From contig OZ237749.1 of NCBI GenBank assembly GCA_965178125.1, positions 372,001 to 436,000 of the forward strand: a stretch of DNA of 64,000 nucleotides. Reading direction: 5' to 3'. Below are positions 24,910 to 36,973 of this stretch, piece by piece. The position numbers and the translations under genes are program-made. Under the pieces are notes generated by a model. It made no database searches, was not told the DNA's origin, and saw only the letters and a program-made list of their open reading frames with translations. Each line of letters opens with the position of its first letter. Position 1 is the first letter of the stretch. This DNA comes from Bilabrum cf. latius (Eukaryota).

Positions 24910-25100
24910 AAGGGGGTGAGGGTGTCAGCAGTGAGGCTGCTGGTAGCATGGCCTCTGTTGTCCCTTGCGGTGTGTGTTATGTGGATGTCTTTCCAATTCG
25001 ATTGGTGTGCTTGTTCAGGCAACATCTTCTCGCGAGCTCGTATATATGGCCAACACATTCAGCGACTGGGGTACAATGACACACGCGTTCTAGGCATTCT

Positions 25101-25979
25101 TTACACGACGAGCACGGGTCCCGACTTGCGCTCCTCCTTGGCGAAAGACATGTACCCGAGGCAGCCTGCGGGCAGCTTCAGTGCCACCCGGGTGCCCTGA
25201 GCCACTCGCTTCTGGGTCGCTTCGTCGCTTCGGGTCTTGGTCCACACGGCGATGCGGTACAGGACGTTGTACGAATGAGATCGCTTGGAGGCGATGCCGT
25301 CTTTCTTCTCTGTCTTCTCCACGCGGCGCTCGAGCGCAACACCGGCCACATCCGACGCGCAAGCCTTCCCGCCAAGCACGTCCCCAGAGATGGCAGCAAT
25401 GCATACATCCCTCCACACATCATCCAAGTCTGCGATCCTTTCTGATTCACCGCTCGATTCAACCAACCTAGGGTGAAGCTTGGCTGTGCCGAAGCTTGAA
25501 CGACTCTTGTCCTGCGAGTTTCAGGAGGGGGGCAGCGACAGGGCGGTCGTACGGCGATAAACGGTGACAGGAAGCACATCAAATGGGCAGGATATACATA
25601 CATCGATACGATAGCAATCACCGCTTACTTCTCTTTTGTACGTGACCATCCACCGGCCGCCCTTCTTTACGCTAGGTTCCTCCCACCGCGGGATTAACCC
25701 GTCCCTGAACAGGAACAAAGAGTACGGGTCTTCCCCTCCCTCCAATTTTCTCTTTTCGATAAGTTCAGTGGGAGACTGCACCGCCCCGAGCACAGCCGCG
25801 AGCTGCTTTACAGTTGCAATGCCAGACCTAACTTCAACCTGTCCGTGGTCGTACTTGACTGCCCCAGTGGAGTCTCTGGTCTTCACTGGCTTGCCAACCC
25901 ATAGTGTCCAGCCACTTGAAGCACTAGAAGATCCAGACGCGGCTGTAGCAGCCTCGGAAGCAGACATCTTGAATTGCAT
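25101..25979 (-). CDS. eIF4E: Divergent eIF4E-family cap-binding protein (2 exons, intron 25512..25628)
   Basis: Motifs WTLW, YSLFLFRDGLIPRWEEP..KKGGRW, DDVW..VCIAAISG, VAGV and YRIAVWT. A phase-0 GTAAGC...CTCGCAG intron joins the two ORFs. Ends at TAA. Confidence 0.85.
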
Positions 25980-26141
25980 GGTTCTTTGTGTCGAGTTTAT
26001 ATCTTCATTTTCACAATTGGATCAGCTGTGCAGAAAGTCAAAGTTGAACACAACTCGGAGGCACCATGTTCCTCTGGAGCGAGTACGGTCATCGTCAAGT
26101 GAGAGCACTTAAGCCCATGAGCGTCTTGCTCAGACGCACGC

Positions 26142-26729
26142 TCACTGCTCCAGCTGCTTCCTCTCGCTCGCATCGGCCCCCTCCAGCCGGGCGACCTTGC
26201 GGAGCGGCCCGTTGCAGTACCCAATGGCGAGCGCCGACATTCCCACGTGGAAGCCTACCAAGGTGCCCACGCCGGCCCACTTCGACATGCCCCAGCGGCG
26301 CCTCAGCAGCAGCTCGTGCACGGGGCCGTACGCGAGGTAGGCGATGGTGAGGTAACCAGGCAAGGTGCAGAACTTCACGATATCCTTGCTGTTGGCCCTG
26401 TACGCCATAGAATACGTGATTCGGGCCCCCATGTACAGGCTTCCGGCGATTGCCGCGCTCTTGGCGTCGCACAGCAGAGCATGCGCCCACAGGGACGGCA
26501 GGAATGCGATGGCTTGCTCGACGGTGTTCATCTGCGCGCGCTGAGCCCGCATGAAGCAGTCCGGGCCATCCATTCTTGGAGATGGCGTGTCGGTGATAAA
26601 CCGCATGTTTCCAGCCGCCATCGTATCGAACATGCACATCCAGGCCCAGCTGCAGGTGAGCAGAGCGATAGGCATCAGATCGTCACCTGATGGGAACTGA
26701 AACGGTTTACTCGCCGTTACTCCGCCCAT
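26142..26729 (-). CDS. MAPEG-family membrane protein (microsomal glutathione S-transferase-like), 195 aa
   Basis: FMRAQRAQMNTVEQ..FLPSLW and AAIAGSLYMGARITYSMAY match the MAPEG pattern. Ends at TGA. Confidence 0.85.
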   Translation of the reverse strand: MGGVTASKPFQFPSGDDLMPIALLTCSWAWMCMFDTMAAGNMRFITDTPSPRMDGPDCFMRAQRAQMNTVEQAIAFLPSLWAHALLCDAKSAAIAGSLYMGARITYSMAYRANSKDIVKFCTLPGYLTIAYLAYGPVHELLLRRRWGMSKWAGVGTLVGFHVGMSALAIGYCNGPLRKVARLEGADASERKQLEQ

Positions 26730-27269
26730 TGGATGCGATTACTGCAAAGTGAAAAAGGATTTGGTGAGCATGGCGGGCTAAAGCAAAAGATTGGGCCTGG
26801 GCAAGACCACGAAATGCGTGGTTCTCGGAGAGTATGAGGGTATGACCCGAGCAGCCTGCGGGGACCCAACCGCGTGGTACACACTATGCACTCCATCTAC
26901 TCATTGGAGCGCAACAAGCAACAAATTAACGATACATATGCTGTACATACGACACTTTGGACAAGGATCTCAGAAACGGTTGCTGGATTATAGATTCACA
27001 TCTATCGAATAAAGTACAGAATCGCTGCAACTGCTATCATCATATGCGCTCACATAGCTAGGAGCTTAAAGTTTACGCTGATGCGCGGGCTATTTGCCAC
27101 AGAGACTGCGTAAAACACGCACCTTTTCACATATTTCGTGCTTCTGCTTCATTAATGGTAGCTCACTCGTCACCCAGATCATGATGGTCGCACGGCGGGC
27201 GGCCAACCTTTGGGAGGCAATCCACAGAGTCTACGCCAGGTGGTGGCTGTGATTCCATAGTCGGGCGAC

Positions 27270-28348
27270 ATGATGTTTGATTCTCCGGACGCTTTTGGGG
27301 AGAGCAGTGGTGGATCAGATGGCGACAAGCTTTTTTCGGTCGGATGGTTCATTGATGCCGGTATTTCGCTTGGTCTAGTGTTGGTTGCAGGAATGATGAG
27401 CGGTCTGACTATGGGTCTCGTCTCGCTAGATGCAACTCAGCTATCAATAGTGCAGCGACTTGGCGATGAGGAAGCGAAGAAAAAGGCAACAAGTCTCCTT
27501 TGGTTTACTCGGAACCACCACTTGACTTTGGTGACGCTCTTGCTTGCCAATGCGGGGGCTGCGGAAGCGCTCCCGCTCTTTCTGGACAAGCTAGTACCCG
27601 AGTATATAGCCATTATCCTCAGTGTGACGTTTGTTCTGATATTCGGCGAGATCATACCATCGGCGGTGTGCACCGGCCCTCAACAGGTTGATATTGCTAG
27701 CTTTACAGCACCGTAAGAATGACACATGGCTTTCATGTGCATTTATATTCCCGCACGAACGCGTGTGGCTGCAACCTTTCCGTCCTGAGGACAGTTCGTT
27801 GTTACTCGCCTCCTGCCGCAGTCTGGTATACTTCCTCATGTTCATCCTGTTTCCAATCGCCTATCCCATCGCCAAGCTCCTTGACGTGTGCTTGGGCGAC
27901 GACCACGAGATGGGCACTCGCTTCCAAAGGAGGACGGAGCTCCGAGAGTTCATCCGGCTGCACGGTAAAGGAGCGCGGCGCGCGCACAGTTCCGCTGAGG
28001 ACGGCGAGGACGAGCAGGACGGCGGCGGCGGGCAGGACGACGACGAAGCGGTGGCCCTGCGGCGCCGCGCAAAAGAGCGGGAGAGGATCCGCAGGAGGCT
28101 CCGCAAGATGCACGTGCTGGGGATGTTCCTAGCGAACGGAGGAGGGATGGGCGACCCGCCCCAGGGAACAAACCAGGGAACATCGGAGGAGGACGCCGGG
28201 GAGCAGAGCGATGGTGGCCCGGGCCCCGCCGCTACCAAGCTTCTAGGGGCCGAACTTGACGCGGAGCTCTCGCATGTCGGCGGTGCACTGCCACCAACCG
28301 GTCCAGGGGCAGCAGGGGCAGCAGGGGCCGACAACGACAACGACGACG

Positions 28349-28383
<35 letters not shown>

Positions 28384-29817
28384 CTCCGTTCCTTCAGCGC
28401 CCTTGCCTCCGCTGCGGGCACCCGCAAGCGGCAGACCGAGCTGGCGCAGGCGCTCAAAGACGCCGCGCGGCTAGCCGAGGAGACAGGCGCGGACGAGATG
28501 GAGAGGAGGAGGCTGGATGACCTGACGGATGGGTTCCTTCACTACGGCGGCGATGGCGACAGCACGAGCAGCAGCAGCAGCGGCGGCCATGTCGGTGGGC
28601 CTGGAGCCGGAGACAGGGGTCCAAGGAACAAGGCGTCCGTGGGTAGCTACGGGACGCAGTCTGCCGTGGTTTCGTCGATCGCTGCGCGTGGTGGCGACCT
28701 GACGCCTCTGGCAGGAGACGCGAAGGCGGCGGCGGCCCGCACCTCCGCTTCCGGCCTTCCCCCGCGGATGCGTCGCTCCGCGACCCATGCTGCGGGGAGG
28801 GGTGTCGTGGCCGTGGGTGGCCAGGCCGCCGGCGCCGTAAAGCGCGGCGCCGCCGGGTTCTTTGTGTTCCGCAAGCAGCCCGCCGCACTGCCCGGCATGG
28901 CAGTTGTTCCCTCGGTCCCGAGCCCGCAGCTGGGCCCGCAGGCGGGCAGCCTCACCGCCAGTGCCACCACTCCACTGCTGGCCTCAGCCGACGGAGTCGG
29001 CACCACCTCCCGATCACTCAACGGCTAGCCGGTTGCGATCCGGTCCGAGGGTGTTCGGGGCGACGAGGGGGAGGGCCTGGTGCTGGGCAGCGACAGCGAG
29101 GGTGAGTCTGCGGGCGGCAAGCTGGTGCGTCTGGTCTCGATCGGGAGGCAGGCCACGCCCATGGGACCATCCGCCGCCCTGGCCGGTTCCGCAGCTGTGG
29201 AGAGCGCGGCGACGGCGGAGGATGCGAGCGTCGAGTCCATGATGCTGAGCGAGGACGAAGTCAAGATCATGAGCGGGTGCCTTATGCTGGGCCAGCTGAC
29301 CGTGGGTGACGTGGCGCAGCCTGATGTGTTCGCCCTCTCCACGGAGGATCGCCTGGACGACCGCACGATGCAGGCTATCCTCGGGTCGACCCACTCGAGG
29401 ATCCCAGTCGTGTACGGCCGGGACAAGCACAAGGTGGCGGGCTTGCTGCTCGTCAAGCTGCTCATCCCTCTGTCTCCTGCGGAGTGCAAGCCGATGAGGG
29501 AGGTGCCTCTTTTGAAGCCCATCGTCCTGCACCCGGATACGACCCTTCTCAACGCGCTCAACGTGTTCCAGACGGGGCGGGGCCATCTCGCGGTAGTCAC
29601 GAGGCAGACCGAGGAGATGAAGGCTTCTTTGCAGGCCAGGCGGCCGCCACCAGACAGCGTGAGGATCCTTGGTATTGTAACGCTGGAGAATTTGCTCGAG
29701 GAGCTCATTCAGGAGGATATTCTCGACGAGATGGACGTCGGAGCCGGAGCGGCAGCCGATGGTTCAATCGAGAGGGGCGTGCTGTCAGGAAGGAGGGGTG
29801 CCGCGACATTGAGGTGA
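27270..29817 (+). CDS. CNNM/DUF21 plus CBS-pair metal transporter (intron 27713..27821)
   Basis: Motifs LVLVAGMMSGLTMGLVSLD, HHLTLVTLLLANA..AEALPLFLD, LIFGEIIP, FPIAYPIAKLLD, HSRIPV, FQTGRGHLAVV and GIVTLENLLEELIQEDILDE. GTAAGA...CCGCAG intron. One TAG at 29026. Ends at TGA. Confidence 0.92.
28354..28380 (+). repeat. (CAG)9 polyglutamine tract in the CNNM insertion
   Basis: Directly visible. Confidence 0.9.
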
Positions 29818-30580
29818 TAGGCATATCTTGTGTTGCAGTGATCATTTGCAGCACTCCATTTCGCGGTGCTCGTGTATGTGTCCAGAGCACCCACAGCACA
29901 AGCGGCTGCAACCCCTTTCAAGGATTCGACTACACAGTCGATTGTGATCAGATGGCGTGGTCATTCTATAGCAGAATTTACGTGTGGTACTCAAGCAATC
30001 ACGCGCCACTCCAAGCAGGGCATCCAATTCTCCCACCGGTGCTCGCCCCTCCAAGAGCTTGAATGCGGAGCCCAGCGAAAACACTGCTAAATATTTGGAG
30101 CCAAGGGTCACGCTGACTCGCAGAGACGATTTGAAGTTGAACCAGATGTAACTCTGAGTCCAACCTGACACGCCTTGCGCCAGCAGCGCGCCCGTTTTCT
30201 CGCGAATGAGGTCTCTCCAGCCCACCACCACCAGGTTGCCCTGACAACACCGAATGGAGATGACCAACAGTTCGCAGCTGCATAACGAAGAAAATACACT
30301 AGGCAAAGACACTACGGGTGGCTGCGGTTTCATGGTGTGCGGATTGGCTTGTGCAACAGGGCAGCAAAATCGAAAGACTCGAGTACCATCGCAATCCAGC
30401 CCAGCTGAACTTGTTTTCCACGGAACTACTCCACCGAATCAATAGATAAACTTATTATCAACACACTGAGGGCACATGCACGCGGCGAGACGCCGGCGAG
30501 AGGAATCAAAGGTGCCTGCGAAGCAGCTATAGCTGCTGCGCTAAGTGCGAGGGCCCTTGGGTCCAATTAAAACTCACAGC

Positions 30581-30658
30581 TCATTTGGCGCGCTGCCTCA
30601 TGCGACGGCGCTTGCGCCTCAAACGCCTCATACGCTTCTTTCTCCACTTAGCGCGCAT
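30581..30658 (-). CDS. RPL41: Ribosomal protein L41 (eL41/eS32), 25 aa, too short for the ORF track
   Basis: Translates as MRAKWRKKRMRRLRRKRRRMRQRAK followed by TGA, nearly the canonical eL41 sequence. Confidence 0.97.
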   Translation of the reverse strand: MRAKWRKKRMRRLRRKRRRMRQRAK

Positions 30659-30827
30659 TGTATTGATACTAGGGTGATCGACTTCAGCACATTCGGCTTG
30701 GTGGTCGATTGATCCGATCACAGATAATACAGTCAACGTTTGTAAGGTGCAAAACAAAAAGTCGCCAGTCTGTCGCTGATTGCATTGCTTTGGTCAAACG
30801 TTCACATTTGTTCAACTTGTACTACCT

Positions 30828-32261
30828 TCATTTTACGATGAGTTCTTTCTTCGGCCAACCGGCCGCCGCCTTGTACCTGTGAAAGAGCCCCACGATAGCC
30901 TGCACGAAGCGAGCATGGAGAGCGTCCACCTCTGCTTTCGTGGGCCTCCCAGGCACCCTTGGTGCCTCGAATAGCGGCTTTCCAATCGCGTACAAGAATC
31001 TGCTTCGCCGTGGAATGGGCAGTCCCCACCTTCCCATGAACACGACGAGCGAAGCTTTGACGAGCCGGGACAGCCACTCGAGCCGTTTCGAGAGCCACCC
31101 GATGCTCATGGCGGTCGAGCACCCGAATATATACACCGGAACAAGAGGGATGCCCGACTCCAGGGCCACTCTCACGAACCCCTTTCTGTTCTTGAGCAGG
31201 ATCACCTCGGGCCGGGAGCCCCCTTGCGACCTCGAGCGGCCCATGGCCGCGTCCAGCTGCTGCGACGCGCCGCTTCTGCTTCTGCTACTAGTGCTGCCTG
31301 CAGCTGATGAACCAGCGCCAACACTGCCGCCCATGGGCACGTCCATGACTGTTCCTCGGTACATTTCCGCGATTCCGCCGGGCTGCACGAGGAATCGCTC
31401 CGAGCCCCTGTCTGCGCGCGAGCCCGGCAAGATGCCTCCTCGTGCTCGCTCACCTCGTCTCGACGAACCGAGCAACTGCTCGCTCGCAAAACCGAGCGCG
31501 CGGACTAACCCGCCGAACAGTCCAGTTGAAGAATTCTCGTTGCCGGACGGCTTGCCTATCCCATGGTCGACTGGCGCAGCTCCTCGTGAGGCACTTGCTC
31601 TAGAGGCCCACGCATTGCCCATCTCCCTCGGCCTCCCATCCAGCATGGCAGTTCGCATAGCATCTCCAGTCGCATGAATGCCCCCAAGGCCTTCCATGGT
31701 GTGACGAAGTACTGGAACCAGGCCGGTGGCGCTCGCTGCAATCGGGCGCAGTGGTCCAAAATAGTCTGAGAGCCATCCTGTGAGTCCCATCGCCGCGCCA
31801 AACGGAAAACTGCCGTGAGGAACTGCAGCAAGCAAAGCTCTCCTCGGAATTGGGGCGGGCTTATTCTCATCGACAACCCGGGTGCTAAAGTACCGATGCC
31901 AAGCAGACCAAAATGGAAGCTTGCGGATCCACTCCTACTCTCGCAGCGATGGATGCGATACAGCTGTAACCAATACAGCAAGTAGTATCCAACGGGATCT
32001 TGGAGATAGCTTTGTAAGCAAATATGCCGCCAGGGGGGCGGCATAGTAGAATGCGCCAAGCACTGCAAGTGAGTGGACTATGACAAGCGCCTCATCCTGA
32101 ACCGATATGATCATTCTCGAAAGAGGGGCGCCGAGCCGTTTTGCAACATCAGCAGGAACGATGCGAGGCAGGGCACGACCCTCCATGGGATTTGTGGTTG
32201 CCGCGGAAAGATCGAGCCTCTGCTCCGGGTCGCTTCGCCATCTGCTGTGGATCCAATCCAT
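30828..32261 (-). CDS. DGAT2/MOGAT-family acyltransferase with an internal low-complexity insertion
   Basis: N-terminal TM segment, then EWIRKLPFWSAWHRYF, VPHG, PGGIAEM, LKNRKGFVRVALESGIPLVPVYIFG and GLPIPRR..IGKP. One TAG at 31935. The start codon is uncertain (32261 or 32186). Ends at TGA. Confidence 0.88.
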
Positions 32262-32409
32262 AAGACACGCAACAACGCAGACCTTGTAGCAGTAGCTCCA
32301 CTGCCAGTAGTATACAGTGCTAACCGTGATATTTAGACCCAGCTTGGGGTGGCGAACCACATCAAAAGCAGGCAAAAATAGTCATATCCAGAACCATTGG
32401 CTAGCTCAC

Positions 32410-35400
32410 TCAGAACAGGCTATCCGCTCGCCCCCCGCCCCCTCCATTGCCTCCGCGACCGCGACCACCACCGCGATTATCACGTCCCCTGCCTTTGCCC
32501 TTCCCGCCTTTACCACCACCACGGCCCCTGCCGCCGCGGCCACCATCACCTCGCCCCCTCGCCTGCTTCGGTTTGTTGTGCCCCGTATCACGTAGGTGAG
32601 CCTGCAGCTACTCGTGGGTCTCGAACGGCCTGTGGCACACGTGGCAATCAAAATAGCCCCCTTTACCTTTCTTGCCCTTCCTCTTGCCACCCCCGTCCCT
32701 CGCTCGATCATCCCAGTCCCCTCGATCATCCCAGTCGTCGTCCCTCCTACCCCTGCCCTTGCCCCTGCCCTGGCTGTGCAACTGTCTATGCACCTGCCCG
32801 GCTTCCTTCCAGTCCTCGTCATCTTCATCTTCATCCGCGTCATCACTGTCGTACCCGTATCCCACACCGTCATACGCCTGCACAACACGGTCCTCACCCA
32901 CGAAGAGCTTGGCCAGCTCAGGATAGGACATGGCCGCCATCTCGAACTCGTCAAGATCCAGCTACCTGTTGCCGTCATGGTCAAACGCGCGCATGATCTG
33001 ATCCGCGGCCCTGGCTGCCGAGTCCTTGCTGTGGTCCCCCTGGGTGAGCAAGATTTTCATCAGCTCGTCCTCTCCGATCGTGCCGCTGTGGTCGGCGTCG
33101 TACGCCCGGAAGGCCATCCGGATCTTGTCCTTCCTCGTGCCCTTCTGTTTTGTCGCAGCCCATGCAAGGATTTCGGGGACACTAATCGAGCCGGAGCAGT
33201 CCTTGTCGATGGCACGGAAGAGTGCCTTGGTCTGCTAGAAGTTCTTGGCGCCCTCGATGTTGAAGTCGTGCAGGAATTGCGTGAACGCGGTCTTGTTCAG
33301 CTGCTCGATCTTGTGCCTCTAGAAGTAGCTCACCACCTTCCGGATCTGGTCGGTGTTTGGCAGACCCCTGTCGCCGTAGTTGCTGCGCATCATGCTCGCA
33401 ATCTCGTCCGCGGCGCCGCGGTTCCGCAGATCGGGGAGCTTCTTGAGGGGCCGCCCCTCGGGGCACCTCACGATCAGCCGAAGCTCGGGCAGCATCTCGG
33501 TGCGAAAGTAGTCGATGGCGGCTTTGAGCTCGTCGTCGTTCCGCACGGCGCGGTCCGGGTTGATGCTGCCCTTGAGGCTGTATGCGATTTGGAGGTGTGA
33601 CCTGCCCGTCGTCGCTACGCTCCCGGCGCCACCCTTGGCCGCCCCAGCCCCGCTGCTGCTGCTCGCCATGTCGAATACCCCAGCGGCGTCAACGACGCGA
33701 TACTCGTACAGGTGCTCGATATACGCGCGCACTCTCTCAAACGACGTCCTGGAGTCGAGCTGGAAGAACCTCGTGTTCCTAGCGTCATCAGCCGCACTCA
33801 CCACGCACTCCGCGACCACACCCGTCGATGCAGTCCCGCTGTAGGCTCTCAGATCGGCGTCCATCGTGCTTGAGATCTTCAGCGCCTGCTCTTTGTCCAT
33901 CGCCTCGCGCAGCTTCGCACGAGTCTCGCCGTAGCGCCGGATGGCTGCGTCTGCGCGCATTCCGATGTCGCGAGCATCCTCCACGCCTGCCTAGTGACAT
34001 GCCAGCATCTCGTCTCGCAGAGCAACGAGGAACTGCCCGATGTGCGCCTCGACCACCTTTCCCTCCTCGAACATGCGGCGCCTCCTTCTCGACTCGTCGA
34101 TGATGATCTGCAGGACAGCGTTCGCGCGATCCACCAGCTCGGGCTTCATGAAATGCTTGAGCTGCGGCGAGGGCCGCCCGCCTCCGTCGACCCGTTCCTT
34201 GGTGATAGACCTGACGAAGTACTCCATCGCAATGAGAGAGTGCTTCGCAAGGGTCGTGTTGTACACGTACGACGCGATGCCGATGGCCTCCTTCACGTCC
34301 TCGTCCTGCCGGCGGTATTGCTCAAGGGACTGGCTCATCGTCTCGAGCACGCCGCCAGCGATCAGCTTGCGACACGTCGGCGCGTGCAGGGCGAGCTTTT
34401 CGATGATGACCACGGACCGGACCCTGAGCTACGGGTCTTTCTTGACGAAATCGACGAGCAGGCCCAGCAGCCTGGTGTGGCTTCCAATGGCGGCGCGCGG
34501 GTCGAGCTCGATGGTGCTGGTCTTTCGGGTGGAGAGAGATGTAAGGCACTGCAGGGCCTTGAGCTTGACCTCAGTGGACACGTCGGGGTCCTGCAGCACC
34601 GGGATGATCGCGTCCTGTATGAGACCATTGGAGAGGAACGGGCTGGGCTTGAGGATCATCCGGAGTAGCTTGTCGCTGTTGTTTGTGAGCAGCAGAGCGA
34701 TGAGCTGCAGGATGCTTCGCACGAACCTGGTTGCTGCGAGTCTCGACTGCTCGTGCTCGCTGTGCAGGTGCCTGGGCCGCGCCCTCTCTAGCAGGAACCC
34801 CCAAGCTCCCGGATCGGTCTTGCTGCAGGGTAGCAAATGACAGAAAGCGTCGCACAGGTTTGTGAGGTGTCCGTAGGTTGACACGAGCTGCTCGGGGCTC
34901 CTCGTGTCCAGCTTGTCCAGCTGCAGCCGCTTCAGCACCGTCACCGTCAGGAGAAGGCCACCCATCTTATCGTAAGCCAGTCGGTCCAGAGCGTGCGGGG
35001 GGCTGCCGTGGCCGTGTCCGCACATGATTGCAAGGCACTTGCTGATTGCTTCCCGGTTTACCGAGGGCTCGGGGTGATCGACATCGCTAAGCCGCTAGCA
35101 GCACACTTTGGCGATAGCATGATTTTCCGTGAGAAATATGCGAAAATCGGGGGCTTCATCTCCAGCAAACGAGGCCAGAGCGCTGAGCAGCTGGATGCAG
35201 CCCAGACGCACGCTGTGCTTGCCACACGTGGTGCCCAGCCTCACAGCGACGTGCACGAGGGTCTCCCCGGATCGGGTGATACGGCTCCGAAGCATGGGCA
35301 CCCTCGTCTCTTTCCAAGCATTGGACACGTGCCATGTGCTCGTGGGCGGCAGGTTCAGGAATCCAGGCCCTTGGGCGTACATGCGCAGGACCCTGAGCGA

Positions 35401-36481
35401 CGCTAGCACCGCGTTGACGAGGGTGACTTCGCCGAGCCTAGACATGTCGCTCGAGGCGTAGGCGAGTATCCGCGCTGCGTGGTTCGGGACGCCGGCATCC
35501 TTCACGTACTCGAAAGCTGCCATGACGAGCTTCTGCACCCTTCGATCCTTGGTATGGCGCGACCAGTCCGACGCTGCCTCGATCACATGGCAGACATGGT
35601 TCATCCCTTTGAGTTTGCCGGCAGGGTCCTTGCCGCTGATGGCAGCCGACACTTTGTCTCTGATCGGCTTGTTTGCGTCGCTCACGAAATTCTCAAGGCG
35701 CTTGAGGTTTTCTGCGCGAGCCTTCGCCTCTTCTTCCGCCTTGATCTGCCTCTCGAAGGAGTTGAGAGCGGAAGACTCCTCCCCGTCGCTCGCTGCCGCC
35801 ATCGCCAGCCGCATCCTGCCCTCGGCATCAAGGCTGGCATCGGAAAGGTCAAACATGGCGCGAATGTCGTCCAGCACGCGTCGGCGGCTGACGACTTCGC
35901 CGGTTGGGTCGTCATCAGCCCCCCCGGATGCGGACCGCTTCGCCCCGCGGCGGCGCGGGGAAGCGGCAGTTCCAGCGAGCACAAAGCCTTGCACGCTCGA
36001 GAAGAATTCTTTCTTGTTGATCGTACCATCGCCATCCGCGTCAATTTTCTCCATCAAAGCCTGAAGCGCTAGTGCTGAGACGGGCCTACCGGTGAGTTTC
36101 TCGACCATGGCTGCGGTGTATTCGAGCAAAACAAGACAGCAGCAAGCCATGATAGATTTGCGTCAAGCACAACTTTCAACCAATTGTTGCGGAACGCCTG
36201 CCAGCTTACATTTCAGTTCACTCGATGATACATCACCAGATCCGTCACGATCTGCCACAGCCCATACCTGCGCACAACTACAGAGCTAAAAGCAGTATCC
36301 ACCCAATGGATCCACCAGGCACCATGGAAACCCATGCACAAGATGCCACAACTCTCATGCGGGCACAAACATCTATTCTACCATCTATCCATACCTTCTC
36401 CATCATTTCCTCAAGCTCTACAGATGATGCGACAGGCCCTGACTTCTGATCAGAATCGCCGGCTTGCATTTTTGATGACAT
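32410..36481 (-). CDS. Multidomain Ca2+-binding protein: N-terminal EF-hand pair, ARM/HEAT-like helical region, possible PB1-like domain, C-terminal EF-hands, C2H2 zinc finger and RGG tail (introns 36268..36394 and 36111..36209)
   Basis: EF loops DRDGSGDVSSSE, DADGDGTINKKE, DKDCSGSISVPE, DADHSGTIGEDE and DHDGNR.LDLDE. Zinc finger CHVCHRPFETHE.LQAHLRDTGH and a GRGG-rich tail. Seven TAGs. Two canonical introns restore the frame. Ends at TGA 32410-32412. Confidence 0.82.
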
Positions 36482-36973
36482 TTCTACTTTGTCTCGACCG
36501 CCCAAGCTGCCGACCAGAACTATCCCTAAAGACAGTAGGACTTGATTTGTTCTTCGGAATGAACAAATGTAATGTATTGAACTGATCTATAGAATTATTG
36601 CGGCGCGTTCCAGAGTGTCCGTAACCACACGTAACCGGCAAACCTCTAAATCGTATTTTCTCATTCTCGTGTCTGGCTAATTTTGGTCACTTATGGTTGC
36701 TAGAGGGATGAGAGGACACGTTCAATGCCCCTACATGACCTTTGATTCGGCTGCCAGTATCAAGCCACGCCTGATGTCATAGTGATGTGCAATAGAGCTA
36801 CACGCATCGCAGCAGTGCGCCTGCTTATTGAAATTGCAAGAATAGTATACTACTAGCCGTGGATGTGCAGCCATCGCCTAATCTGATATGACAGTCCGTC
36901 GTCTCGCCTTCTCCACCCACCTCCCCGGATCGGATCACCGGACTAGCGCACCACCACCTACTGCACCCGGTGC

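Noticed and set aside
29842-30333. 163-aa minus-strand ORF between CNNM and RPL41
   Set aside because: No recognisable motif and several competing frames. It may be a real small gene, but I cannot support it from sequence alone.
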